From a virus: a DNA stretch of 64,000 nt. The notes under the pieces were generated by a model. It worked only from the letters and a program-made list of their open reading frames with translations. It did not search any database and was not told the origin of the DNA. The DNA lies in IMG/VR virus record IMGVR_UViG_3300032246_001368, positions 1 to 64,000 of that record; one strand, written 5' to 3'. Positions 1 through 9,790 of the stretch are shown here, piece by piece (within the stretch, counting starts at the first letter, position 1; each line of letters starts with the position of its first letter). Position numbers and translations under genes: made by a program.

Positions 1-174
1 ACCACCACCACCGCTCTCCCCCCCACCACCTCCTCCACCACCTACTATTAAAAAATTAAGTACGGGGGTATTTGGTATACTTGTTATAAAATTTAAACTG
101 TTAGCACTACCTGTATTATTATTAATAAAGGAAAAATTATTCGTCCCATCTATACTATTAATAGTTAAATTCAT
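1..174 (-). CDS. glycine-rich virion/tail protein, N-terminal fragment (runs off window start)
   Basis: Not in ORF track; ATG at 174, 2 nt after the upstream stop, open to position 1: MNLTINSIDGTNNFSF...LNFLIVGGGGGGGGESGGGG, the LIVGGGG motif typical of phage Gly-rich tail domains. Confidence 0.7.
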   Translation of the reverse strand, partial: MNLTINSIDGTNNFSFINNNTGSANSLNFITSIPNTPVLNFLIVGGGGGGGGESGGGG

Positions 175-176
175 GT

Positions 177-2795
177 TTAAGCTATTTTTGTAATTTTTCT
201 AAAGCTATTAGCTCCTGGAGTTATCGAACCGGAAGGAGTAGAAGCGTTTAATACAACGGAAACATTATTAGCTCCTGTAGCAATAGTTGCTTTAACCATA
301 TTATAATAATTACTACCAGCAGTCATATTTGAAGTTGCTGGTAAAGCAGCGGTTGGACCAGTAAATGCTGCTAAAGAATTAACCGTACCACCAGAATGAA
401 GAAGGGATCCTAATTGACCCGATGTAAATGTACCGTTGGCTGATAACGTATATGTTACAGAGTTTGAAGTTGTACTTTTTAATACAAATAAATTATATTC
501 TATTTCATATCTACTATTCGGTAATAAAGTATCAATTTGAGTTCCAAAAAAATTACTAGAACCTGAAGTGATTGTACCTCCTGCATTTATTAGATAAAAA
601 TATCGAGGTAAACTATTACTGTATATATTTGGGCTGTATATATTTGTAGCAGATAACGTTCCATTACCACCTACATAAACACCGTTAGAGAAGTTTAATG
701 CTAAAGAATTTGAACCGTTACCTGTATTGTTTGATGAGATACCATCTGAGAGTATAACCTCACTACCTAACCCATAAAAATTATTAGCTGATAAGGAAGG
801 AGCAGATAACCCACCCGTTAAAGTACCACCCGAAAGAGGTAAATAAAGACCTCCTCCACTGGCTGTAATACCTGTTAGATTTGATCCGTCTCCATAAAAA
901 GATGTACTGTATATAGCTTCTTTTGAACTTAAATTATTTACGTATGTAAAATTGTTTCTTGAAGCGCTTAAAGATGTACCTAAGATAAAAACATTAGCAA
1001 ATCCCTTTGTGTCATTAGCAGAACCACCAGCAATAAATGAAAACGGACTATTAATTGTATTTCTAGAACCACCACCTACAGTTGAATATCCATATCCAGA
1101 AACTGTATTATTTTCTCCACCTCCTATATTTGAATATCCATAATAAGCAGAAGCTGTATTATTTCCTAATATAGGTTTGATATCCGTTCCATTTATTGTA
1201 TATGCTTGACTAGAAAGTTTTGAGAATCTTGTATCATTAAATGATACAATAGAAGTAGCTGAGGCAGCTCTCCAAGAAGTAAAAGCACTATTCCAATTAT
1301 TACTATTACCATTAGCACTCCAAATTGTATTGTTTGAACTGATTTGCCCATTAACTGTAAAGTCAACATTAGGTGTTGAGGTTTTAACACCAACATTAGG
1401 AAACGATCCGTTATTACCACCAACGTGTAACACTTCTATGTTTTGGTCAATATCATAGAAAGAAGCAATATCTCCAGTCCCATTATTACCAACCCATAAT
1501 GCAGGACCACTTCCTACATGCACAACACTCAAGGCACTTGTAACTGAAAATATTGTGTTAGCAAACGTGGTTGTTCCGGTAGCTGTTAGATTACCAAAGA
1601 CAGTTAAATTATTATTAATTCTTGTAGCACCTGAAATTGTACCGCCTGTTAAATTTAAGAAATTACTATTAACATAATTATTTGTTGCAAAAATTGTAGG
1701 TAAAGGGTGTGTATGATCTGCTCTTGAAACATACAGACTAATGCCAGCAGATCCTGTTAGCGAATCAACAAGTGGCGTAATATTATACTGTCTTGTTACA
1801 ACAGTATTTGATGGAGTCCAGATAGCTTCCCAAGGATAGGTAGTATTAGATAATGATGAAGCAGCTACTGTCGTAGTAACAGATCCCATTTGATTATCGA
1901 CAGTCTGAATTAATTTCCATGCTGAAACACTACCATTAATTGTCCATGATAAATTAAAATTTGTAATAACTTCTGGATCTTCTCCTCCTCCATTATATCG
2001 AAATTCGTAACTGTATTGTAATTTTCTATTAGATCTAAGAGGCCAGTAACCATTATAATCATCATAGACAATATTAAATTGTTGAGCATTTAATGAGACA
2101 GTATCGTAACCGTTGTAGTATGTAAAAGATGGAACGGTTACAAAAATATTTTGATCATCATTGTCTGGTGCTTGGTAAGGAAGTGGGTGACGGTGATCTG
2201 CTCTTGCAGCCCATTGACTTGTTCCCTCTGTTCCTGTAACTGCTAATGGTTGACCAATAACTCTAACAGCAGAAGCTTTTGTAACTAATGTACCGGAAGG
2301 CCATGTTGCTTGCCAAGGGTATGTAGCACTCGTTAAAGATGTAGTTGTTAAATAGTCTGTACAATCCTCACCACATACTGAATACCAGATTTCCCATAAA
2401 GATTGTTCACTAACTCTTGTTATCCATAATGAATTATTGTTGTTATTTACACTATAATAGTAATTTGAATTAGATTTTGAGTATCTGTAATTATCATAAA
2501 AAACATCGCTTAAATCATCTGCTAAATAGTCTGGATTTGGTTGAAATTTTACCCAAGTTGCTGAGTTAGCACAAAGAGTTGTAAAAGTACTATTCCAATT
2601 ACCAGTGAGTTCCTTTACATCAGTTCCATTGTAAAAACTAATACCAGATAAGTTTGAACCATCCCCAAAAAAGGAATTAGCATAAACCTTATTTGATGCA
2701 CTAATATCACCAACAACCGTTAATGCCTTATTAGGAAAATCAGTCCCAATACCAATGGTAGAAGAAAGAGAAAAGCTATTAATTAAAGTAGGCAT
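177..2795 (-). CDS. tail fibre-like protein, 872 aa
   Basis: Ser/Thr/Gly/Asn-rich; IGIGT..P...LTV.G.IS and FYGDGSNLTGI / YLPLSGGTLTG fibre modules; two RADHxHP motifs; short GGxxN beta-roll-like repeats. Confidence 0.75.
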   Translation of the reverse strand: MPTLINSFSLSSTIGIGTDFPNKALTVVGDISASNKVYANSFFGDGSNLSGISFYNGTDVKELTGNWNSTFTTLCANSATWVKFQPNPDYLADDLSDVFYDNYRYSKSNSNYYYSVNNNNNSLWITRVSEQSLWEIWYSVCGEDCTDYLTTTSLTSATYPWQATWPSGTLVTKASAVRVIGQPLAVTGTEGTSQWAARADHRHPLPYQAPDNDDQNIFVTVPSFTYYNGYDTVSLNAQQFNIVYDDYNGYWPLRSNRKLQYSYEFRYNGGGEDPEVITNFNLSWTINGSVSAWKLIQTVDNQMGSVTTTVAASSLSNTTYPWEAIWTPSNTVVTRQYNITPLVDSLTGSAGISLYVSRADHTHPLPTIFATNNYVNSNFLNLTGGTISGATRINNNLTVFGNLTATGTTTFANTIFSVTSALSVVHVGSGPALWVGNNGTGDIASFYDIDQNIEVLHVGGNNGSFPNVGVKTSTPNVDFTVNGQISSNNTIWSANGNSNNWNSAFTSWRAASATSIVSFNDTRFSKLSSQAYTINGTDIKPILGNNTASAYYGYSNIGGGENNTVSGYGYSTVGGGSRNTINSPFSFIAGGSANDTKGFANVFILGTSLSASRNNFTYVNNLSSKEAIYSTSFYGDGSNLTGITASGGGLYLPLSGGTLTGGLSAPSLSANNFYGLGSEVILSDGISSNNTGNGSNSLALNFSNGVYVGGNGTLSATNIYSPNIYSNSLPRYFYLINAGGTITSGSSNFFGTQIDTLLPNSRYEIEYNLFVLKSTTSNSVTYTLSANGTFTSGQLGSLLHSGGTVNSLAAFTGPTAALPATSNMTAGSNYYNMVKATIATGANNVSVVLNASTPSGSITPGANSFRKITKIA

Positions 2796-2843
2796 ATATT
2801 ATAATATACTTATCATCTTTTTAATGATGAATTAAGAATAATT

Positions 2844-3002
2844 CTAACTATCCAACTTAGTAATAATCTTTTGAACTTCTTCTATTTGATTACCTAAATC
2901 TTCATAAGACACCAAATCTCCTGACTGATAAGACAGATTTCTTTTATTATTAAGATCATTAATCTTATTTGTTAAAATTATTTTTAATTCTTGTATATTC
3001 AT
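2844..3002 (-). CDS. small hypothetical coiled-coil protein (52 aa, MNIQEL...)
   Basis: Track ORF 2844..3047 overlaps the upstream gene; ATG at 3002 lies 4 nt after that gene's stop and is the likelier start. Confidence 0.65.
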   Translation of the reverse strand: MNIQELKIILTNKINDLNNKRNLSYQSGDLVSYEDLGNQIEEVQKIITKLDS

Positions 3003-3006
3003 AAGT

Positions 3007-5919
3007 TTACCAGAACAATAAAGTTCTCCAAAATTCCTGACCTCCATGACGCATTACATAAAGGAATTTTAAATTATCTTCTGTCGTAATAATTTCCATT
3101 CTATTACCAACAATAGCTGTACCCATACCATATGGAACAGTGGAAGAATTTATTATCTGATTTTTTGTTATATCAAAATACATGATACGACCAGTAGCAT
3201 CTTTTTGAATATATATTCTATCTACATCATCATACTGATACATTGAGCCAGTTGTAAATGTTTCAGTTAAAGGTGAATAATATATTGGCTCATACTGCTC
3301 AGTATTAATATTATATCTACCAATTTCGTTTGTTGCACCACCTCTGAATGTATAAATGTATTTATTATTCAATGATGTTTTTGTTGATCCTACGATATTA
3401 AACATCTCTATACCAGCACCTTTAGTTGGAGATTCTAATATAGCATATGTTGATGCTGTATCAGGCTGTGTTGTCCAGTTAGCAGTTAGAGTTAATGCTG
3501 TACCAGTATTACTCTGAATTGTAGCTTCCTGACCCTGACCTGTTCCCGAAGTTATACGAACTCTTTTACCAGAGTGTATATTTGTTGCCCAGTTTTGCGC
3601 AGAATCGGTCAATGAACCCAAACCTGTTGCTGTAGCAACCCCAAAGTTATCCATGATAACATATACACTTGTTTGATCCATTGCTGTAACCTGAGTTGCA
3701 AAATTCAATGTATTAGCTGTATTAGATGTGATTAAGAGTTCGCTTCCCGCATTTGTACCAGATACTATTCTAAGCTTTCTACTTGCACCTGTTGACCAAT
3801 AATTAATAGGCCAATTCTTAGTTGTATCAGTTAATGAACCAGTAGTACCACTCGTTGCAATGCCATTTCTGCCGTTTCCAGTAATAGCACCAAGTGATAA
3901 CTCAGTTGAGAATGGTTTATCATCATGTATTACATATCTTGTTGTACCACCTGCTGGCGTAAAACCTAATGCTGTAGTCCAAGTTAATGAGTTTGATGTG
4001 TTAGATACAATTCTTCTTGTTACAGCTGTTGTCTGAGCACCGTTAATGGTCTGTGTAATTTGAACAAGTTTACCTGTATGTTCATTAGTAATCCAATTTT
4101 TGTTTACATCAAACATCGTTGTTGTACCTTGAGTGTTGAATGTAGCTGGTGTAGCTGGTGTTCCAGTAATTGCATATGCAAAATACACATTCAATGCCGT
4201 AGAAGCTGGTGTAGGTACGCCTAAAATTGTAAAATTGCCATTATAGGCAGTTATTGTAGAACCTGATATTGTGATTGAATCACCTATTCTATATGGATTA
4301 GGTATAGATGTGTTTACAATTGCAACGTCACCAACAGATGTAATATTCAATGTACAACCTGTACCACCAGTAGGTGCTACCGTTGTCGCTTTACCTGTAC
4401 CTGTTGTATAACTACCAGCACCACCAAATGGACCAGTAGATTCAAGAGCTACGGATGTTACAGCACCTGATGAATCTACTGCTGTAATTCTTGCTGTAGC
4501 ACCTGTACCACCAGTTGTTATTGTTAAAATTTGACCAACAGCATAACCTGAACCACCAGCAGTTGGTGATGTTGCAAGACCTGTTACATGGGTAAGGTAT
4601 CTGTTTATAGAGGTAATTGGAATTGGTTCAAAGTTATTTGTAGCCGAAACGGAACCAACTCTTGCTAATCCTTGATCATATCTCTTACCGATAACAGGTT
4701 GATCGATTTCTGCGTCATATTGCCACCATAAAGATGTACCTGCACCACTAATAAAAATTTTGTTTACATCTCTATAAATACCGTACCAAGAAGTGTTATC
4801 TAATGTTATATCCCACGGTCTGGAAGCAATAAATGATGCTGATGTATTTGCAGCAATTGTTCTGAATTGACCTACACCAGTACCGCTTAAAACTCTTACT
4901 TCATAATTTGTATATTGATTAGCACTTAATGTTGGGGATGATATTGTAAACTGTCTTGAGTTTGCAGATGATACATAACCAGATAAAATAGGTGTAGAGG
5001 TCTCTGGCATTTTTTCAATTGCTATATCAGTACCAACTATACCAGTAAAATTACTACCTGTGGCAGTTTTATAATACCAAATATCTGCTAAAACATCATA
5101 ATATTGTATGGAATAAAAAGGCGCACCAGTACCATTTGTAAATAACCAGATACCATCACTTAAAATAACAAAATTAGAAGTGCTATCTGGCTGTGTTGTC
5201 CAGTTAGAATCAACCGTTACTATGTTTGATTCAATCTGATACATGGTCTGAGAACCAACAGTGCTACCTGTCGATGTTGGGGCATATGCACCCCACCACG
5301 GCGTTACTGACTGCCATGTATTTTCAGCGAATGCAAGACCATTATAGTTATTAAATAAAATCGGTCTTACTATTGTAGCTGCTGTTGCACCATATATAAC
5401 TCTTACTTGATAATCTCTATATGCATTAAATCCCCATGTCTTTGTCTGTAAACCTGTTGATGTATTATCAATTATCTGTACCTGACTACCTGTTGTTACA
5501 ACGCCACGATCTTTTATAATTGGATCGGAAACCGCAGTTATGGTTCTTGATTGACCGACACCTGTACCACTTATAATTTTAATGGTTTTACCAACTAAAA
5601 GATCGCCTGTAACAAGTGCTGCCATTTCTATTGTATTAGAACCTCCACCATTTCCTATAGCTCTACCGTAGTGACCATGTGATTTTGTATATGCAGTTTG
5701 TATTAATGTTTGACCAGTTATAGCAAAAGGAGATGCAATCTGATTCCAAGAATCAGTAGTTGTATCATAACGAAAAGCTGAACCTGTACCAATATAATAT
5801 ATGTATCTACCATCAGCAGATGAGCATGTACAGTTAGTAGCAGCTGTAGCAGGCATTGGTCTCATCCATTCCCACACAGGGAGATCGATTTGTTTTTTTA
5901 ATTTTGATGTAACAGGCAT
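3007..5919 (-). CDS. virion/tail protein with Kelch-like termini and about 6 internal beta-rich repeats, 970 aa
   Basis: Kelch-like blades at both ends (DGRYIYYIG...FRYDTTTDSWNQIAS; YIYTFRGG...IGRYNINTEQY); repeated unit LTD..KNW..N...G..VRI.SGTG.GQ...I.SNT...LT...W...PD.TS.Y.I. Confidence 0.65.
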   Translation of the reverse strand: MPVTSKLKKQIDLPVWEWMRPMPATAATNCTCSSADGRYIYYIGTGSAFRYDTTTDSWNQIASPFAITGQTLIQTAYTKSHGHYGRAIGNGGGSNTIEMAALVTGDLLVGKTIKIISGTGVGQSRTITAVSDPIIKDRGVVTTGSQVQIIDNTSTGLQTKTWGFNAYRDYQVRVIYGATAATIVRPILFNNYNGLAFAENTWQSVTPWWGAYAPTSTGSTVGSQTMYQIESNIVTVDSNWTTQPDSTSNFVILSDGIWLFTNGTGAPFYSIQYYDVLADIWYYKTATGSNFTGIVGTDIAIEKMPETSTPILSGYVSSANSRQFTISSPTLSANQYTNYEVRVLSGTGVGQFRTIAANTSASFIASRPWDITLDNTSWYGIYRDVNKIFISGAGTSLWWQYDAEIDQPVIGKRYDQGLARVGSVSATNNFEPIPITSINRYLTHVTGLATSPTAGGSGYAVGQILTITTGGTGATARITAVDSSGAVTSVALESTGPFGGAGSYTTGTGKATTVAPTGGTGCTLNITSVGDVAIVNTSIPNPYRIGDSITISGSTITAYNGNFTILGVPTPASTALNVYFAYAITGTPATPATFNTQGTTTMFDVNKNWITNEHTGKLVQITQTINGAQTTAVTRRIVSNTSNSLTWTTALGFTPAGGTTRYVIHDDKPFSTELSLGAITGNGRNGIATSGTTGSLTDTTKNWPINYWSTGASRKLRIVSGTNAGSELLITSNTANTLNFATQVTAMDQTSVYVIMDNFGVATATGLGSLTDSAQNWATNIHSGKRVRITSGTGQGQEATIQSNTGTALTLTANWTTQPDTASTYAILESPTKGAGIEMFNIVGSTKTSLNNKYIYTFRGGATNEIGRYNINTEQYEPIYYSPLTETFTTGSMYQYDDVDRIYIQKDATGRIMYFDITKNQIINSSTVPYGMGTAIVGNRMEIITTEDNLKFLYVMRHGGQEFWRTLLFW

Positions 5920-5928
5920 ATTATTATA

Positions 5929-6321
5929 TTAAGAAAATTGTAAATTGGATCTAATTGATGTTTGAAAATTTTGTCTTGCAAGTTCTATTGTTCTCCAAAC
6001 ATCTGGAACAGCACCGTATATATTGAATGCATTACTACCGCTTTGATATAAATTTGTATTACCCTCACCTCTTAAAATTACGGCTTGGTTTGATATAAGC
6101 TGTGTTGTAATTGTAGCAGGAGCAGCATCTATAGTTATACGTTGACGTTGCGCAGTATCAACAACTGCTGAAGATTCTGACATTTTAACCAGCTTACCGA
6201 GATAAAAAGCAATTTCTTCCAATGCAACAGTTGCATCGGATACTGTAGTAGGAATAGGCTGAGAAGCACTATTAGATACTATAGAAGAAGTGGGGCTTAC
6301 TAACGAAGACAGTAAAGGCAT
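5929..6321 (-). CDS. hypothetical virion-associated protein, 130 aa
   Basis: ORF in the tail cluster; TATAAATA 6 nt upstream of ATG. Confidence 0.6.
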   Translation of the reverse strand: MPLLSSLVSPTSSIVSNSASQPIPTTVSDATVALEEIAFYLGKLVKMSESSAVVDTAQRQRITIDAAPATITTQLISNQAVILRGEGNTNLYQSGSNAFNIYGAVPDVWRTIELARQNFQTSIRSNLQFS

Positions 6322-6357
6322 TTTATATATTTATACTACAAGGTTATAAATTCAATT

Positions 6358-9300
6358 TTAAAAAAGACGCCATCCATATATACCACCAATAAATATAGTT
6401 TTAAATTTATAACTATTAATATTAGCTGTTAATGATTCATTAAAAGACTCTATTAAATTTCCATTATTATTCAATATAAAAGGTTTTGAGTTCCAGGTTC
6501 CACTAGCATCTTCAAAATCAATAGCATCTCCAATAGAAGGTGACGGGGGTAATGTCCCAACAACAACATTTAAAGAAGTATCTACAAGATATTGCTTAGT
6601 AGCAATTGCATTAAAATTTGAATTTTTAATTTCATATGTTAATCCTCCTCCGCCACCTGATGTTGAAGACAATTTAGCAAAAATAGAAGAATTGTAATCT
6701 GGGTTATTAGTTGCTGAAGTTGAATTCACATAACTATAAACAGAATTCCAATTAGCTGAAGTAGTATTAACTAATGTCGTTATACTATTGGGTATTGGTT
6801 TATTGCTAAGAGTTATAACCGAAAGAGAACTTCCATAACGAGGAATGAAATTTGTAACTACTTTATTGGTACCAGACGAATATATTATGGTATAATCTAA
6901 GTCCGGTACTTGTAAAGAACCATTCATAGACACTATGTAACCAGCTGAATTAGTAAATGGAGATGTGCTACTAAGATTAAAAGTATTAGTAAATCCGTCA
7001 CCTGTGAATAACGCAGAGGTTAATTCTCCATAAGGTGCTAATCCCATGCCCCAAAGAGCGCTATTAGCTGCTACTGTGGTTGTGGTATTATTATACACCG
7101 AACTATTTTGAGAAAATACTGTACTATATGCATAAGCTGTATTCCAAAATGCGCTATTAGAAATAACCAATGAATTAACAGCAGGATTTCCTGAACCTCC
7201 TCCACTAACCCCAGTAGACCACGTAGAACTCAATAAAGAAACTGTTGAATAGGTGGATTGCCAATTACTAGAAGCATTCTGATAAATGCTTATAGGTAAA
7301 AATGTACCGGTTAATGAATGTAAGGTAACATTAGTTACAAATCCACTAGAAGCACTTTGATATGCTGTAGATGTATTATAAGCAATATTCCAAATATTAC
7401 TATTACCACTAGAAGCGTAAACAACTCCCGTAGTAGTTAAATCACCCGTTAAAGTCCCTCCACTCAGAGGCAAATAAATACCGACTGGAGACACAATACC
7501 GGTTAATTTTGAACCATCACCGTAAAAAGTACCACTTAAGGAAGGTGCACTGATAGAAGTAGTGAAAGTTGCTCTAGCAGAATTAGAACTAATCCATGTA
7601 TATGAATTACTCCAATTAGCTGATAAACCATTAACACTGCTGTAAGAAGAATTCCAATTAGCAGACGTTGTATTAACATTACTATAAACAGAATTCCAAT
7701 TACCACTTAAACCATTAACACTGCTGTACGAAGAATTCCAATTAGCTGATAAACCATTAGCATTACTATAAACAGAATTCCAATTACCACTTAAACCATT
7801 GACATTACTATAAACAGAATTCCAATTAGCAGATGTTATATTGACTAAAGTATCTACATTAACAATATTAGAGCTATTAGAATTAACAAAAGACACAACA
7901 GCCTGTTGTTTAATTTCTTGTGAACTGCTTGAATTAACATATGAATAAACAGAATCCCAATTATTGCGATTAGTACCTATGATTTTAGAATCTGAAAGAT
8001 TAACTATCCAAGAAGGATCTGAATACGATATATTTGTATATACACCGCTTGTTACACTACTGGCATTACCAGAAATATTACCAGTTACATTACCAATAAG
8101 AGTTCCTTTAATATTAGCATTTAACGTATCAAACTTAAATGTAGGATCATTCCAATTAATAGATGACAATGGTTCTGATGTTACTCCACTGAATAAAGAC
8201 CATTCATTTATTAAATGATTCCTAACTAATCCTGTATGTTGATATAAACCATCATTAAAATGACCAACGAATCCAAGATCGTTTAAATTACCAATATTAC
8301 CAGTTCCTATGTAAATTAATGGATCATTAACTTCTACGTTTTGAGTGTTTACTGTATAAGAAGAACCTTGAACAAATAAAGTTCCGGATACATTAAGATC
8401 ACCCGGAACTATTATAGAATTCGGTAATGATAAAATTACATTACCATTTGTATTAACGGCATTAATTTGATATATTGTACCGTTTACAGAAGTAACAGAT
8501 TCATATATAGTGCTTAATAATGTTAAATTTGTATATGCTTTATTACCACCTACCCATTCACCAGTAAGAGATTTAATATCCGTGCCTTGATAATTCCAAT
8601 TCACAGCAGAATTGGAATTGACTATATTATAAACTGATATGTTATTAGCCGATTGATTTTGAAAAACATTTGATGTAGATTGCCATCCACCAGACAATGC
8701 CTTTAAATCAGTTCCCTGATAGTTCCAATTTACAGCTGAATTGGTATTAACAATTGTATATACAGAATCCCATTGACCACTATTTGATCTTACTAACGTG
8801 TTTATATTAGCTTGACCAGGCAAAGAAGCTCCTATTAAATTGCTACCATCTCCATAAAAAACACCAGAAAGGGAACCAGCTGATATAGTATTAAAAATAG
8901 CATTACTCGAATTAGTATTAACCCAATTATAAGAATTATTCCAATTACCACTTAATGCTTTTACACTATTATAAACAGAAACATTATTAGCAGACTGAGA
9001 AGCAAATGACGTGTAAACATTATTCCAAAGATTTGAACTTAATCCTCCTATAACAGTATTATAAGCATACTCCCAACGAGAACTATTTGTCAGTACATTT
9101 GAATAAACACTATCCCAATTTGATGAATTACTAGTTACTAAACTTCTTAAGGTCAAGAAGTCAGCCATATCTACCTTCAGATAAAGAGCACTTATAGTTG
9201 CATTAGATAAAGGTTTATTAAGGTCACTAGTATCATCTACATTACAAAGACCAATATCACATTTATCCAATATAACAACTCCATATTTCCCATTAACACT

Positions 9301-9414
9301 GATTACATTAGAATTTGTATCTATGTTTATAGAATCCGATACAGAAGGAGACACATTAATAATAATGGAATCCTGAACCGGAGGATTAGTGTTGATGATA
9401 ATAGTATCGCTCAT
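6358..9414 (-). CDS. tail fibre-like protein with Trp-containing 14-aa repeats, 1018 aa
   Basis: VISVNGKYGVVIL..DIGL.NVD.TSDLNKPLS fibre motif; many SANWNSVYSNVNGL repeats; VEVNDPLI beta-domain; C-terminal YLVDTS....TLP.SPSIGD.I.F.D.SGTW domain resembling T4 gp34/gp9-type N-terminal modules. Confidence 0.75.
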   Translation of the reverse strand: MSDTIIINTNPPVQDSIIINVSPSVSDSINIDTNSNVISVNGKYGVVILDKCDIGLCNVDDTSDLNKPLSNATISALYLKVDMADFLTLRSLVTSNSSNWDSVYSNVLTNSSRWEYAYNTVIGGLSSNLWNNVYTSFASQSANNVSVYNSVKALSGNWNNSYNWVNTNSSNAIFNTISAGSLSGVFYGDGSNLIGASLPGQANINTLVRSNSGQWDSVYTIVNTNSAVNWNYQGTDLKALSGGWQSTSNVFQNQSANNISVYNIVNSNSAVNWNYQGTDIKSLTGEWVGGNKAYTNLTLLSTIYESVTSVNGTIYQINAVNTNGNVILSLPNSIIVPGDLNVSGTLFVQGSSYTVNTQNVEVNDPLIYIGTGNIGNLNDLGFVGHFNDGLYQHTGLVRNHLINEWSLFSGVTSEPLSSINWNDPTFKFDTLNANIKGTLIGNVTGNISGNASSVTSGVYTNISYSDPSWIVNLSDSKIIGTNRNNWDSVYSYVNSSSSQEIKQQAVVSFVNSNSSNIVNVDTLVNITSANWNSVYSNVNGLSGNWNSVYSNANGLSANWNSSYSSVNGLSGNWNSVYSNVNTTSANWNSSYSSVNGLSANWSNSYTWISSNSARATFTTSISAPSLSGTFYGDGSKLTGIVSPVGIYLPLSGGTLTGDLTTTGVVYASSGNSNIWNIAYNTSTAYQSASSGFVTNVTLHSLTGTFLPISIYQNASSNWQSTYSTVSLLSSTWSTGVSGGGSGNPAVNSLVISNSAFWNTAYAYSTVFSQNSSVYNNTTTTVAANSALWGMGLAPYGELTSALFTGDGFTNTFNLSSTSPFTNSAGYIVSMNGSLQVPDLDYTIIYSSGTNKVVTNFIPRYGSSLSVITLSNKPIPNSITTLVNTTSANWNSVYSYVNSTSATNNPDYNSSIFAKLSSTSGGGGGLTYEIKNSNFNAIATKQYLVDTSLNVVVGTLPPSPSIGDAIDFEDASGTWNSKPFILNNNGNLIESFNESLTANINSYKFKTIFIGGIYGWRLF
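7608..7835 (-). repeat. in-frame ~42-bp tandem repeats (about 5 copies) encoding S(A/G)NWNS(V/S)YS..NGL
   Basis: Near-identical units such as aacagaattccaattaccacttaaaccatt and gaattccaattagctgataaaccatt recur on the + strand; boundaries approximate. Confidence 0.85.
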
Positions 9415-9755
9415 CTAGTAATATGTGAAAGGATAGGCCAAGATCCGCTAAGATAAGTTTTTACTTCACCAGAAGAAAGAGTTAATCTTAAATCGTATTT
9501 ATATTTTCCAGGAGGAACATCTATTATTCGTTGTGGTATGTGTACTATACCAGACAAAGCTGGTGTTTGTATGGTAATGCCACTATTTGAAGTGGATAAG
9601 GTTAACACAGAAGGACTATCAAAAGACAAGCGCAAATCCATCTCTAATGATGCACCAGTCAGATCCAAAGCTGACCCACCACGCAGAAATGTTATAGAAC
9701 CTAGCCCATCCCAGGTATCACCAGCTATATGGGAAGTAATGTCATAAGAGATCAT
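9411..9755 (-). CDS. BppU-N-like Ig-fold tail attachment protein, 114 aa
   Basis: GDTW.....F......LDLTGAS....R ... G.YKYDLRLT...G.VKTYLSG pattern of small phage BppU-like proteins. Confidence 0.6.
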   Translation of the reverse strand: MISYDITSHIAGDTWDGLGSITFLRGGSALDLTGASLEMDLRLSFDSPSVLTLSTSNSGITIQTPALSGIVHIPQRIIDVPPGKYKYDLRLTLSSGEVKTYLSGSWPILSHITR

Positions 9756-9790
9756 ATATCAACATTACTTATGTTGAAATATCTTATTTT

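Noticed and set aside
7608-7835. 42-bp repeats as a CRISPR array or DGR template/variable pair
   Set aside because: Tandem coding repeats; differences are not adenine-specific and no reverse transcriptase is present in the window
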